IMG/VR virus record: IMGVR_UViG_3300043174_000068
Span: 1 to 52,315 of that record
DNA: 52,315 nt
DNA from: a virus
Taxonomy: Duplodnaviria > Caudoviricetes
Direction: 5' to 3' (one strand)
Made by a program: the position numbers and the translations under genes. Position 1 is the stretch's first letter, and each line of letters begins with the position of its first letter. Positions 8,127 through 19,101 of the stretch are shown here, piece after piece. Below the pieces are notes generated by a model. It saw only the letters and a list, made by a program, of their open reading frames with translations. It was not told the DNA's origin and ran no database searches.

Positions 8127-11100
8127 ATGGCAACAAAAAATGATGACTTAGGACGCAGGGTCGATCTTCTTAACGATACCGGTAGTGCGGATAGAGCAAA
8201 AAGAATTAATAGTCTCCATAGAACTGTAAGTGATTTAGAACGTCAAAGTAATGAGAAGAAAATAGATTATAGTAAAGAAATAAATAGTTTATCTAATGAA
8301 CAAAGAAGAATGCTTCAAAAGTTAGAGTCGGAAAGAGATGCTTTTACACATGATACAATGGAGTCTTATAATACAGTTGTAAAAGGTCTTGGAAGTACAA
8401 TTAATAGATTAGCTACAGGAATAAAATATATTACTACTGAAACAGCTAAAGCTACAAAAGATGCAATTGGTCAATATGCAAGAGCAGTTGGGCAAGATGT
8501 TTCAATTAATAAACAAAATACTGTTGCTATGGCTTTATCCACTGCATCTCCATTGTTTGGTTATTTTGCATCAAAATTTATGGAGACCGATGTATTTAAA
8601 AATGCAGCATCAAGAATTAGACAAAATGTAGGCAACGCTATTTCTAGTGGTTTTTCAAGACTTATTGGTAGAAAGAAAGAATATGAAGATGACATTCCTA
8701 GTATACAACGAGGCGGTTATGTAAAGAAAGGTGGAATGATAAAAGTACATGCTGCTGAAGTTGTAATGCCTGCTGAAAAAGTAATGCAGCAAATTGATAA
8801 AGCAAAGAATACAGCTATTGCTCGTCAGATGGGAACAACCATGACTGACATGTCTGATACTCTAGAAGATATTCAAGAAGAAGTATCAGAAAGTCAAGAA
8901 AAAACAGGAAATATAATTGATACATTTTTTAGAGAGTATAATGCAGTTAAAGACGAACAATCTTTTGTTGGAGATACTATTCAACATGTTGTAGCTGAAC
9001 TAAAAGAAATAAAAGAAGAAATGTTTGGAACAGCTGAAACCTGGGGAATGGTATTTGAAAGAACTCTAAATAAACATCCAGTTTTTAAATTTGTACATCG
9101 AGCATTTAAGTTTTTTGATTCAACATTACCGGGCGTATTTACTTGGGCATTTGGTAAAAAAAGTAAATATGCAAATGATGTTACTAGAGCTGCAAAAACT
9201 AAAAATGTTTATGATAGAATAGTTGGAGTTACAGGTTTATTATATGAAGGCATGATGCCTAGATTAGATACATTAATAAAATATTCTAAAGAGTTAACTG
9301 AATTTACTACTGGGAAAAAAATAACAGAACCAAAAGAAAAATTTGAAAAATCTAGATTTGAAGAAATGATTTCTTGGTTTAAAAAGAAAGATAAAAAGAA
9401 AGATAAAAAATCATTTTTACAATCTATGTTTGATATGACTGCTGAAAAAGGTGGTGTAGAAGATGAACTTAAAAAAGCTGGAATAAAAAGTTTTAAAGAT
9501 TTTCTTAGACCAAGAGAAGTTTTGAAAAAAGCAGGCGTTAAAGATGAAGATATACATAGAAAAGTAAATAAGGTTACAGGATTCTTCAAAATTTTCAAAA
9601 ATATTAAAGAATTTATTTTTGGTTTAAAGAAAAAGGATACGGAAGGGTTTGTTAATAAAGCAAAAGACTTTTTTGAAACAGCTGGTGAAACTCTTAAAGA
9701 CATTAAAGATAAAATTTCAACTGTAGCACAAGCTGAAGTAGCTAGAGAGGAAAGAGAAGGTCCTCACTCTCCTAGTATGGCAGATAATATAGCTTCTACT
9801 GCTGAAATAACAAAAGAAGAAGCTAAAAGACAAACAAAGTCAGATGAAAAACAACTTGGTGTTTTAGAAAAAACACATAAATCAGTCAAAGGTCTTGGTG
9901 AGTCGATAAATAAATTTGCCAAAGATGCGGTTAAAAAATTTGGCGACTGGATTATGTACTTACTTATGTTTCTACCAAATATATTGAGTACTGTAGTTTC
10001 AACTGCTTTCAGTTTACTTAGAGGGATGTTTGGTGGTGTCCTAGATGCAATTCTAACTGTTTTGCCAGGCAGAAGACTATTGGGCAGAACCATTTTTAAA
10101 ATGGGGGGGAAAAAATTAGGAAAAGATATTTTAAGAGGTGGTAGAAAAAAAGGTCTTGGTAAGATGGCAGGTGAAGCTTTTAAAGATGTAAAAGAAGCCA
10201 AAGGTATTAAAGGAATGGCAAGGGCAACAGGAGAGGGTATTGGAAAAGTTGGAGCAACTGCATTTGGAAGAGGTGTTTCAGCTATAGGAGAAGCTGCTAC
10301 AAAAGTAGGAGGAGTATTAAAAGGAGGAGTTAAAGAAACTGCAAAATTTGGCGGGAGAATGGTTGCAGGAGCTGGAAAAGCAGTTGGTGGTATAGGTTTG
10401 GGCGGAGCCAAACTAGCAGGTAAAATAGGAATGGGTGCTTTGAAATTAGGCGGAAGAATGGTAGCTTCTATTCCATTCGCTGCTTATGAATTATTTGATT
10501 CTATATTGGAAGGAGTATCAGGATTTAGAAATCCTGAAGAATTTGCAGCTAGCAGAATGGCCTCAGGTATAGGGGCATTTTTAGGAGGTAAAGATTCTGG
10601 TTGGTCTGGAGCAGCTAGCGGAGCATTGAAATGGGGTAGTGTTGGTGCTGTAGCGGGACAAATTGCTATTCCAATACCTGGTGTTGGAGCTGCAATAGGA
10701 GGAGGAATTGGTGCATTACTTGGTTCTATAGTTGGATTTGTTGGAGGAAAAAATATAGCACAAGGTATAGATTGGTTAGCTGATGCAGTATCACCAATTC
10801 TAAAAGGAGCATGGGAAGTATTTAAATTTCCATTTCAAGCATTTTGGGAACTTACAAAAAGCTTTTGGGTATTAATAAAATGGGGATGGAAAAATACAGT
10901 TGGTAAAGCATACAAATTTGTATCAGAGAAGGTAGCAGAAGGTTGGAATAATCTTGCTAATAAAGTAAGTGAATGGTGGAATGAAGAAGGAGAAATATCA
11001 AAAATTTATAAGAGCGGAATGTCAGAATTAGATAAAATAGGAGAAAGATATAAAGTAGCTTGGGCAGAAACTACAGGGGCATTAGGTAGAGTTTGGGATG

Positions 11101-11615
11101 GAATAACAAATTTTACTTCTAAAGCTAAAGATTTTATGATTGATAAACTAAGTGCTTTAGGACCAGTATGGAACTGGATAAAAGAATGGATAGTTGAACC
11201 AGTTTCAACAGGAGTTGGAGCTCTTGGTGAAGGGATGGCACATGGAATCTCAGCTATTAGAGAAGGAAAAGTAGCTGAAGATTTAGAAAAATTTTTAAAT
11301 GAAGAAAATCCAGTTAGAGACCATAACGATCCACATAAACAATTAATGGGCGAAATAGCTGAAGCTTCAGCAGAAGCTCATAGAGCAAATAGTGAAGCTA
11401 CACTACAAGCAATGAAACAAGCAGCAGAAGAAACAACAAACGCAATTGTTAAAACAGGAAAAGACTCAAAAGAATCATCACAAAGTAGTATGACACAAAT
11501 AAACAATATTCTAAAAAGTGTAACAAGCAATCAAATGGGTGGAGGCGGAAGGTATTCAAGTCCTGTCGCTGGAAGTAGTTATTCAGATAGAGTACTATTT
11601 GGAGGTATGCCATAA
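8127..11615 (+). CDS. Tail tape measure protein
   Basis: 1162 aa helical protein with Gly/Ala-rich hydrophobic block (IPIPGVGAAIGGGIG), periodic W/F repeats and GG.V......VHA.EVV.P motif; tail context. Confidence 0.85.
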   Translation: MATKNDDLGRRVDLLNDTGSADRAKRINSLHRTVSDLERQSNEKKIDYSKEINSLSNEQRRMLQKLESERDAFTHDTMESYNTVVKGLGSTINRLATGIKYITTETAKATKDAIGQYARAVGQDVSINKQNTVAMALSTASPLFGYFASKFMETDVFKNAASRIRQNVGNAISSGFSRLIGRKKEYEDDIPSIQRGGYVKKGGMIKVHAAEVVMPAEKVMQQIDKAKNTAIARQMGTTMTDMSDTLEDIQEEVSESQEKTGNIIDTFFREYNAVKDEQSFVGDTIQHVVAELKEIKEEMFGTAETWGMVFERTLNKHPVFKFVHRAFKFFDSTLPGVFTWAFGKKSKYANDVTRAAKTKNVYDRIVGVTGLLYEGMMPRLDTLIKYSKELTEFTTGKKITEPKEKFEKSRFEEMISWFKKKDKKKDKKSFLQSMFDMTAEKGGVEDELKKAGIKSFKDFLRPREVLKKAGVKDEDIHRKVNKVTGFFKIFKNIKEFIFGLKKKDTEGFVNKAKDFFETAGETLKDIKDKISTVAQAEVAREEREGPHSPSMADNIASTAEITKEEAKRQTKSDEKQLGVLEKTHKSVKGLGESINKFAKDAVKKFGDWIMYLLMFLPNILSTVVSTAFSLLRGMFGGVLDAILTVLPGRRLLGRTIFKMGGKKLGKDILRGGRKKGLGKMAGEAFKDVKEAKGIKGMARATGEGIGKVGATAFGRGVSAIGEAATKVGGVLKGGVKETAKFGGRMVAGAGKAVGGIGLGGAKLAGKIGMGALKLGGRMVASIPFAAYELFDSILEGVSGFRNPEEFAASRMASGIGAFLGGKDSGWSGAASGALKWGSVGAVAGQIAIPIPGVGAAIGGGIGALLGSIVGFVGGKNIAQGIDWLADAVSPILKGAWEVFKFPFQAFWELTKSFWVLIKWGWKNTVGKAYKFVSEKVAEGWNNLANKVSEWWNEEGEISKIYKSGMSELDKIGERYKVAWAETTGALGRVWDGITNFTSKAKDFMIDKLSALGPVWNWIKEWIVEPVSTGVGALGEGMAHGISAIREGKVAEDLEKFLNEENPVRDHNDPHKQLMGEIAEASAEAHRANSEATLQAMKQAAEETTNAIVKTGKDSKESSQSSMTQINNILKSVTSNQMGGGGRYSSPVAGSSYSDRVLFGGMP

Positions 11616-12967
11616 TGGCCGCTAATGATAAATTAAGACCTGAAACTCAGATTAGTAAATCATATAGACAAACTACTAGAAGAAACGATGCTTTAACAAT
11701 TAAAAATTTTATAGGATTACCACCAAGTAGTTATGTTAGTGATTCAGTTCTGTTTAACTCTTTGCCGGTAATTAGAGTATCTCCACAAAAACCAAAAATT
11801 AGTGCTGGTTTAACTCTATTCACTTTAGAAAGTGCTCAAATAGAATACAATAATATCTTAAGTCATTTAGGATTTAAACTTGAACAACCAAATGATCCTT
11901 TAAGAATAGTGTTCAGCGCAGACACACTACCAGTTGATACATTTTCAAATGATTATACTGAAACTTTTTTACAACAAATGACTAATGCCGCATCGCAAGG
12001 TTTGGGACAAATAGCACAAATTGCAGGAGCAAATACAGCTACAGAAGCTATTAAAAAATTAGCAGGAGAAGCTAAAAAAGCAGCAGAAGGCGAAGGAATG
12101 GTTAAAGGATTTATTAGATCTGGTGCACAAACTGGAGCGAAATTAACTACAGAAATTGAAGATTTAGTAGGAAATTTAAGAAGTCAAGGTGGGGTTTTCG
12201 GTGGCGCCGCTGCTATAGTAAATAAAATGTGGGCTGGACATAGAGTAGATTTTCCAAAAGTATGGGGAAATAGTTCATACACTACTAGCTTTAGTATTAA
12301 TGTAAAACTATTTAATCCAAGACCAAATAATAATGATTATGCAAGACAATATTTAATTGGACCATTAGCTGCACTTTTATGTTTAGCTTTACCTAGAACA
12401 GATGATGGATTCACTTATAATTGGCCATTTTTTCAAAAGGTAGAAGCACCTGGTTTTATTAATTTAATTCCTGCAGCAATAACAAATATTACTGTAACAA
12501 AAGGCGGGGATGCTCACCAAATGGCTTATACTAAAACTCTTGGTATTATAGATGTTAATATAGGATTTACTAGTTTATTTGAAACTATGTTATTAGAAGA
12601 TCCAGATGGAGTTATTCATACTCAAAGACCAACTGTTAAAAACTATATAGAGAACTTATATAAAAATAAAGACGCTTATCAGATATATAATCGTGATGAA
12701 ATGAATAAAAATGCTTCTAATGCAGCAGGCGCAGCTGAAGCAGGAGGACCAATAATTATAAGCACAACTCCAGATCCTAAAACTGCAGCGAGCAGATTAT
12801 CTGCGGAATCATTACTTGCTAAGAATTTTTCTTCTACCAGAAGGGTTACAGAAGCAGTAGAAGCAGCAACAACTGGGCCAAATAGAGTTAACAATGCTGT
12901 AAGTCAAGTTAGTAACTCACTGAACTCAATCAATAGTGATTTCATTCCAAAAATTAGTGGGGTTTAA
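11615..12967 (+). CDS. Putative baseplate / tail-tube initiator protein (gp48/gp54-like)
   Basis: FPKVW..S.Y..SFS..VKL, LALPR, PF...V and ITNITVTKG tube-fold-like pattern; TAATG-coupled to the tape measure gene. Confidence 0.5.
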   Translation: MAANDKLRPETQISKSYRQTTRRNDALTIKNFIGLPPSSYVSDSVLFNSLPVIRVSPQKPKISAGLTLFTLESAQIEYNNILSHLGFKLEQPNDPLRIVFSADTLPVDTFSNDYTETFLQQMTNAASQGLGQIAQIAGANTATEAIKKLAGEAKKAAEGEGMVKGFIRSGAQTGAKLTTEIEDLVGNLRSQGGVFGGAAAIVNKMWAGHRVDFPKVWGNSSYTTSFSINVKLFNPRPNNNDYARQYLIGPLAALLCLALPRTDDGFTYNWPFFQKVEAPGFINLIPAAITNITVTKGGDAHQMAYTKTLGIIDVNIGFTSLFETMLLEDPDGVIHTQRPTVKNYIENLYKNKDAYQIYNRDEMNKNASNAAGAAEAGGPIIISTTPDPKTAASRLSAESLLAKNFSSTRRVTEAVEAATTGPNRVNNAVSQVSNSLNSINSDFIPKISGV

Positions 12968-14084
12968 TACCACACATTGACTTTCTTACTAACAAAGTTA
13001 TATAGTAGGCAATAAAGAGGTTTATTAGAAATTTTGTTTGGTTGGTTAATTTTGAATATTGTTTTCTATAATCTAGTTCTTTAACTAAATCATCAACTAA
13101 AATTCCAACCTGTTGCTTAAAAAAAATCTTTGAGGTTGTTCTTTTAATAGACATTAGTTGTCTTAAAAACGTATAATATTCCTTTCCACATATCATATTA
13201 ACACTCTTAATATCATTAAAAAATAGTTTAAGAATAAGTCTGATTTGGTCAGAAAATTTTGTATCTAACATTTTAGAAACAAATCCAGAAGCTATTCCTA
13301 TATTGACTTTAGTAATATCTCTTGCTTCTTCTTTAGCTTTTTCATCAATTTGTTTATACACAACAATTTGGTGTACCACTTTATCAATAATTTTATTACT
13401 CTTTTCTTGTTCTTGATATTGATATAAATTCTCTTCATCATCTTCTAATTCAGGGGTTATAATACTCTTTCCTTCTTCTGAAGCTTGATAATAAACTGAT
13501 GCAAAGCTTTTTAAACTTTGAGAAATTCTATGTCTAGTTTCCATAAAATAAGATGACATTCCATCTAAATCAAATTTCTTAATTTTATCTTTATATCTTT
13601 TCATTAACTCTTTTGACAAATAATATAATGCATTAGGAATAGTTTTTTCTCTTGAAAATAAATGAGTTTTTGTTAAAGAATTTAAAGAATAAGTAAACAC
13701 TTCCGGATTACAATATTTTGAAAAATATCTTGCCATCTGTTGACTATATTGACGAATTGTAAAATAAATAAAAAGAGATTCATATCCAATTGCATCATTG
13801 TTTTTCAAGAAATATGATAGAAGTGAAAGATAAAATGTAGTAGGATTATCTTTAAATAAATTTGCAAATTTCTCTTCTTTTCTTCCTTTCCACATTCTTT
13901 TTCTATAATCGCCAACTTCACTATCAGTTAAACCAGTGTAATGTAAAAAATCATAATAATCTTTTCTAGTACTTGGTACGAAACAAGGATCTGATAAACT
14001 TCCTAAGTTAGTAGAAACCAACTTAGTAATTAATCTTCTTAAAGGAAGATCTTGTACATTTTCTTTTTTAAATAGTTCTTCCAT
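12954..14084 (-). CDS. Hypothetical helical protein
   Basis: 376 aa ORF, TAATG-coupled to the baseplate wedge gene; 3' end overlaps the convergent gene by 14 nt. Confidence 0.8.
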   Translation of the reverse strand: MEELFKKENVQDLPLRRLITKLVSTNLGSLSDPCFVPSTRKDYYDFLHYTGLTDSEVGDYRKRMWKGRKEEKFANLFKDNPTTFYLSLLSYFLKNNDAIGYESLFIYFTIRQYSQQMARYFSKYCNPEVFTYSLNSLTKTHLFSREKTIPNALYYLSKELMKRYKDKIKKFDLDGMSSYFMETRHRISQSLKSFASVYYQASEEGKSIITPELEDDEENLYQYQEQEKSNKIIDKVVHQIVVYKQIDEKAKEEARDITKVNIGIASGFVSKMLDTKFSDQIRLILKLFFNDIKSVNMICGKEYYTFLRQLMSIKRTTSKIFFKQQVGILVDDLVKELDYRKQYSKLTNQTKFLINLFIAYYITLLVRKSMCGIKPH

Positions 14085-16579
14085 TATACCACCCTAACTG
14101 TAATACTATCTTTTGTAAAATAAACATACTCAGGGCCATATTCTAATAATTGATCTTCAGTTAATTGAATAAGTTCAAAATTAAAGAATATACTAGTTTC
14201 AGGTTTCTTTAATCTACAGTGACTTACCCCGTCAATTTCTTGAACTGCATTAATAATTTCTGAACGATAAATAGTTGCATTACTTCCGAAACGTTCTTTA
14301 AATGTATTATATATAGTTTCTCTTACTGTATTTATTAAGGAACTTACAGTACCGCTATATGATAAAGATCTAAAAACTTCTATTTCAATTTCCAATGGGA
14401 TATTATATAAAGGAAGTTCAATCCAACCATTATCAGAGAAAATATAATTCATATCTTTATTAACAACATAAACTATAGCATCTGCAGTTGGTTCATCAAA
14501 TAAATAAACTACTGGATATGCTGATGAGTCAATACATTGAATAATTGTTCCTGTTAATGGATCATTAGCACAATCAACACCAACTAAAATATATCTATCC
14601 CCAACATTAGCAGTTGGAGGTGGAGCAGTAACTATATCAATAACATCTGAAATAGTAGGTTGATTTAATAGCATATTTTGCATTATTCCAGTTGTATTAG
14701 TAAATTTAATATTAGAGAAATCTGTAAGCATTTTATATTCAGACAAATCCATTGATGAAATTATATTTTGTAAAATTTGTAATTCAAATACTTCTTTATC
14801 AATAGAATCATAATATTCTTTTTGAATTACAGGAATATCATATACTATAATATTTGTACCATCAACTGATGCATTTGATCTCATAAAATTACTAAGTGGT
14901 TTTCTAAATGTTACTTGACCAGAATAAGTAGCAACTAAATTATTAGATGGATCTGAAATTGTAAAATCAAAGAATTGCTCATCTGTTGGCAATGTAGTAT
15001 ATGGATCAAACTCAACTACAAACTCACTAGCAGTTGAATCATTAGTCATTAAAGCAGTAGTACCACTTGACCTAATTTTAAACTCACAACTACATAACTC
15101 AGGATCAACTTCATCGCTAGAATAATGAAGTCTAAAAACACCTTTTGTACCTTCAGAATAAACATGCAATTGATCTGCAACTATATTATATGATGATGTT
15201 GGATAACTAGTTTCTAAAGCTGGAGTTATCTTAACAGAATAAATAGTATATTCATAATTACCTACTTCGTTTATAATGTCAATATCAATATCAAATATAG
15301 TTAAATAATCTACACCACCAATGTCAATAATAGTATCTCTTGGAATTCTATATTGACTAGTAGGCACTGAGTATTTAGCATTTCTAGTAGGAACTAAATT
15401 ATCTACTTCATCTTCTCCTGTTCCAAATATAATAGCTGTGAATAATTCAATTTCATTGACTTGAAGATCAGATCTTTTCAATACAGGAAGTGAGTTTTGA
15501 GCTATAGGAGAATTTTCAACAATAACATTTATATTCTTATAATCATTTTCTGTTACTAATCTATTCAAAGATGTAAGAGATGCAATTGAATTTCTTCTAA
15601 CTGATTCTAATGATTCTTCGTTAATACCACCAAATGCAGGAGAGGCATTTATAACAGAATAATCAACAAGTTGTGTTGAGCCACTACCAGTAGTTATATA
15701 TACTCTGTCTCCATCTTTAATTGACCCTGCAATTACGTTTCCATTTTCACCATCTGTAACACCTACTGTTACTATAACACTTGAACCTGGAGTTGGTTGA
15801 ACTCCAAATAAACCATTACCAAAACTAATTCTTCTTCCTGTATCTGTTCTTCTTGAAACATATCCTTTATCTGTATTTGACATTAAGAATAAACTTTGAT
15901 ATTCGTTCCAAATTGTATAACCTGCACTTCCTGGTTCTCTAATCTTAACAACTAAAGATGCAACTTCACCTGAAATAGGGACATCAATATTAACGAATTG
16001 ATATTGTTGAGTATCACTATCAATTTGAAATTCTTGTTCTGTATTTACTACTTGTGTTAATGGTAAAGTAAATTGGAATGAATCAACAGTTTTATTTACA
16101 TAAAGGTTATACTTTTTTACACCTTCAACAACTGTAACAGTTACATTTGCGTTGTTTGTTACTACCACAGTTGTTTCATAAGTAGTACGAAATTCTACAT
16201 CAGTATTTGCTCTAAATTTAAAACCATTTGGTAATACAAATTGAACACTTGGGTCTTCAAAACCAAATGGGAATGTTAAAAGAACAACAGCAGTAGCGGG
16301 GGTAGCTTCTCTGGTATTATACCCCAAAAATGCTGAAAGATTTAAAATTGAGTCTGGTAATTGAGCTTTTGTAAGAAAGAATTCTCTGTATGCTGATATT
16401 TGATAAAACAATAAATTACTAGTTAGGGTAGAAAGAATATCAATCATGAAACTCAAAAATGATGATTTGGTCAGATCTACATTTTCTAATTCCAAATAGT
16501 TCTTAACTTGGTCACTGATTTGTTCTCTTATACTATCTCTAGAAGTATAAATCTGACTAGATAAAGTTGTTTCTGCCAT
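14084..16579 (-). CDS. Baseplate wedge subunit (T4 gp6 / baseplate J-like)
   Basis: FLTKAQLPDSILNLSAFLGY, ISFGNGLFG..P, DGENGN and GG...ESLESVR....RLVT..DY motifs. Confidence 0.9.
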   Translation of the reverse strand: MAETTLSSQIYTSRDSIREQISDQVKNYLELENVDLTKSSFLSFMIDILSTLTSNLLFYQISAYREFFLTKAQLPDSILNLSAFLGYNTREATPATAVVLLTFPFGFEDPSVQFVLPNGFKFRANTDVEFRTTYETTVVVTNNANVTVTVVEGVKKYNLYVNKTVDSFQFTLPLTQVVNTEQEFQIDSDTQQYQFVNIDVPISGEVASLVVKIREPGSAGYTIWNEYQSLFLMSNTDKGYVSRRTDTGRRISFGNGLFGVQPTPGSSVIVTVGVTDGENGNVIAGSIKDGDRVYITTGSGSTQLVDYSVINASPAFGGINEESLESVRRNSIASLTSLNRLVTENDYKNINVIVENSPIAQNSLPVLKRSDLQVNEIELFTAIIFGTGEDEVDNLVPTRNAKYSVPTSQYRIPRDTIIDIGGVDYLTIFDIDIDIINEVGNYEYTIYSVKITPALETSYPTSSYNIVADQLHVYSEGTKGVFRLHYSSDEVDPELCSCEFKIRSSGTTALMTNDSTASEFVVEFDPYTTLPTDEQFFDFTISDPSNNLVATYSGQVTFRKPLSNFMRSNASVDGTNIIVYDIPVIQKEYYDSIDKEVFELQILQNIISSMDLSEYKMLTDFSNIKFTNTTGIMQNMLLNQPTISDVIDIVTAPPPTANVGDRYILVGVDCANDPLTGTIIQCIDSSAYPVVYLFDEPTADAIVYVVNKDMNYIFSDNGWIELPLYNIPLEIEIEVFRSLSYSGTVSSLINTVRETIYNTFKERFGSNATIYRSEIINAVQEIDGVSHCRLKKPETSIFFNFELIQLTEDQLLEYGPEYVYFTKDSITVRVV

Positions 16580-16591
16580 TATTAATCTCCT

Positions 16592-17269
16592 TTAGCAAGG
16601 AATAACGTTTCTTAATGGAAAATAAAATCCAGCTTTTTTATCGAACATATTTTTCAAACATTCGCGTAGAGTTTCATGTTTTACTAATAATTTTGAAATA
16701 AATTGTGCATCTGGTAAAGTATGAATTTGCTTAGTATACTCAACAAATGAATATACATTTTCAACTGATGGTTCAATTTGATCTAATGTAAAACTTTGAA
16801 ATACTTGTGTTCTTAATCTCCAGAATCTTCTTTCAGTTGGTGGGTGAATTTCAACACCAGTTACTTGATATACTGGATAGTTATCAGAAGTTGGATTTAA
16901 AAATGAACTTTCAAATTTTACTATATCGCCAGGATAAGGTTTTAGATTATAACTACTAGGAATAACCAAAACAGTTTCTGAATATCTAGTGTAACCAATA
17001 TCTTGTGCATCAAATGAAACTGACATATCTTCAGTAAAGAAAACAGGCAATAATAAAATTTTGTTTCTTTTTGTTCCTGATAATTCCCCTACTGGTTCAT
17101 ACGATCCACCCATTAAATCGGTATCCCAAACTGAGTCGGTAACATTTAGATTATAATAAGTAGCTAAATAGGCAACTACATGCTTACTATAATAATTATA
17201 TAGTAAATCTTGATACTCATGAATATAGTCATAAATACGACTATATAATTGCATGTAGTGAGAATCCAT
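16592..17269 (-). CDS. Virion structural protein, possibly neck/head-closure (gp14-like)
   Basis: Beta-rich with P.PGDIV.F...YQVT.VE pattern; located in the structural operon. Confidence 0.45.
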   Translation of the reverse strand: MDSHYMQLYSRIYDYIHEYQDLLYNYYSKHVVAYLATYYNLNVTDSVWDTDLMGGSYEPVGELSGTKRNKILLLPVFFTEDMSVSFDAQDIGYTRYSETVLVIPSSYNLKPYPGDIVKFESSFLNPTSDNYPVYQVTGVEIHPPTERRFWRLRTQVFQSFTLDQIEPSVENVYSFVEYTKQIHTLPDAQFISKLLVKHETLRECLKNMFDKKAGFYFPLRNVIPC

Positions 17270-18429
17270 TATTGTTTTTCCTTCTCCCTATCTCGATCTT
17301 GTTTTTCTTTTTGTAACTTTTTATATGCTATTCTAAGTTCAGAATCGAATTTTATTTTAGATTCAACTTCTTTTTGTTTCCAATCTTCAAGAAGTTTTAA
17401 TACTTTTTGTTTGCATTTAGTTTTTTCTTCTACCTTTTCACATTTGGTAAGTTGTTTTTCTAATTCATTAACAACCATTCTTATTGATAACCAATCGCAT
17501 TGTGCATAACAAACATTTTTTGGATATTTGCTTTGGTTTAAACATTTACTTAAACAAGAAAAATTAACTTTATTAAGTAAATAATTCATTACAACCATAG
17601 CCATAGGGATAGGTATTGGGACCATTCCTATAGTTAAAATTGTATTCAAAATCTTTTCTTTTCTAGGATCTCTTTTTGGTGGTTCAACTATCGCTTCGTT
17701 TTTTTTTAGAACAGCAAATTCATAGTATAGTTTTAAATGATTTCTGAAAGGTAGTTTATTTCTTAATTCTTTATTTTCTTTAATAAATGTAGAAATCTCT
17801 TCATTAGAAATATTAAATTTTCTAATTATACTTTCTGCTCTATATCTTGCAGAACCTTTAAATTCTGGTTTCTCTCTATTGTCTAGTTGTGATTGCCTTA
17901 ATTTAATTTGAAGTTGTTGAACTCTTTTGGCCCATTTCATATATTCTTTTCTTAAACTTCTTTCACATTTATCAGGATTTCTAAAATCATCGCATTTACC
18001 AATATCAGATCTTAAATCATCTGTAATTTTTCTTGCTATATCTAATTGGCATTGATATTTACATATTTTTCTTTTCTTTGAAAATGGAATATTAGCATAA
18101 CATTTCTTTTCACATGAGTCATTTAACTTTCTATAAATATAAAGAGCAAACATTGAAATGGGAGGGGCCAAACCAAAGAATGAACTTCCAGCAATAGCAG
18201 CAAATGAATATTTAAGAAATTTTTTAAATTTCCCTTCAAATGCTGTAACATCTTCTGTAATTGTTAATTTAATAATATCCGTATATGAAAGTTTATCAAT
18301 ATAAGAAAATAGTTTAACGTGTTCAAGAAATGTAGTTTGTTCTTTAATTACTTTACTATCAAGAACTAATTCTCTTAAATATTCTTGACCACATTCTTTT
18401 AAAATATTTCTTTCTTTATTAGTTAACAT
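17269..18429 (-). CDS. Protein with two tandem copies of a hydrophobic-segment + 6-Cys helical domain
   Basis: CEKKC..CKYQC..KC..KC and CLSKC..CYAQC..KC..KC, each preceded by a hydrophobic stretch. Confidence 0.8.
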   Translation of the reverse strand: MLTNKERNILKECGQEYLRELVLDSKVIKEQTTFLEHVKLFSYIDKLSYTDIIKLTITEDVTAFEGKFKKFLKYSFAAIAGSSFFGLAPPISMFALYIYRKLNDSCEKKCYANIPFSKKRKICKYQCQLDIARKITDDLRSDIGKCDDFRNPDKCERSLRKEYMKWAKRVQQLQIKLRQSQLDNREKPEFKGSARYRAESIIRKFNISNEEISTFIKENKELRNKLPFRNHLKLYYEFAVLKKNEAIVEPPKRDPRKEKILNTILTIGMVPIPIPMAMVVMNYLLNKVNFSCLSKCLNQSKYPKNVCYAQCDWLSIRMVVNELEKQLTKCEKVEEKTKCKQKVLKLLEDWKQKEVESKIKFDSELRIAYKKLQKEKQDRDREKEKQ

Positions 18430-18438
18430 TTTTACTCC

Positions 18439-18879
18439 TTATTGTGGAACACTCTCAAAGAATTTAAAGTAAACATTCTGATCTATAACTACTTGTAATT
18501 GAGAAGAATCTCCTTTATAAGAAACATCAATATTAACTTGAAATCCTTTGTAATTAGGAAGAAAATTAATTGAAACATTTCTTATACTAGCTCGATCATC
18601 ATATTTTTGAATAGTCTCTATAACTTCCTGCCTAATTTTTTCTTGAGTAATTTGATCGACTGGTTCAAAAACTATTTTATATAAGTTACTTCCATATTCT
18701 GGATCAAAAATATAGCTTCTTTTTGGAGTGATTAAAATGTTATTCCAAGAATTTAGAATAACTTCAATATCATTAATTCTTCTGAAGTCTCCAACTGGAG
18801 CAATAACGGAAACATAATCTGAAATTTGATTTCTAGTTCCTGCTACAGTTTGGTTAAATCGTTTTAAAAAGTCAGCCAT
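18439..18879 (-). CDS. Baseplate wedge protein gp25-like (GPW/gp25)
   Basis: NILITPKRSYIFDPEYGSNLYKIVFEP...I.KYDDR signature. Confidence 0.9.
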   Translation of the reverse strand: MADFLKRFNQTVAGTRNQISDYVSVIAPVGDFRRINDIEVILNSWNNILITPKRSYIFDPEYGSNLYKIVFEPVDQITQEKIRQEVIETIQKYDDRASIRNVSINFLPNYKGFQVNIDVSYKGDSSQLQVVIDQNVYFKFFESVPQ

Positions 18880-19076
18880 TATTTTAACCTATAATTAGTT
18901 TTTATTTTCATTTTTTGATTCAATTTAGCATTTTCTTCTTCAATTTTCTTTTGACGTTCTTCTTCAAGTTTTGCTTTCCATTTTAAATAATCATAAAATC
19001 TTTTAACTGGCATTGCAACCACTTCGATGTAGGATTGGTGACTCATCTCCATACAAGCAAATATATTCTCAGACAT
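18879..19076 (-). CDS. Small gp51-like / chaperone-extension ORF, possibly expressed as a frameshift fusion
   Basis: SY.EV..MP..RF..Y motif; no clear RBS; frame is open back to the T6 run at the end of the upstream gene. Confidence 0.6.
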   Translation of the reverse strand: MSENIFACMEMSHQSYIEVVAMPVKRFYDYLKWKAKLEEERQKKIEEENAKLNQKMKIKTNYRLK

Positions 19077-19101
19077 TTCATCTTTCTGTTTAGAAATTTC
19101 C

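Noticed and set aside
9209-10411. Long antisense ORFs (164 and 215 aa) inside the tape measure gene
   Set aside because: Fully nested, with composition mirroring the Gly/Ala/Lys codons of the sense gene
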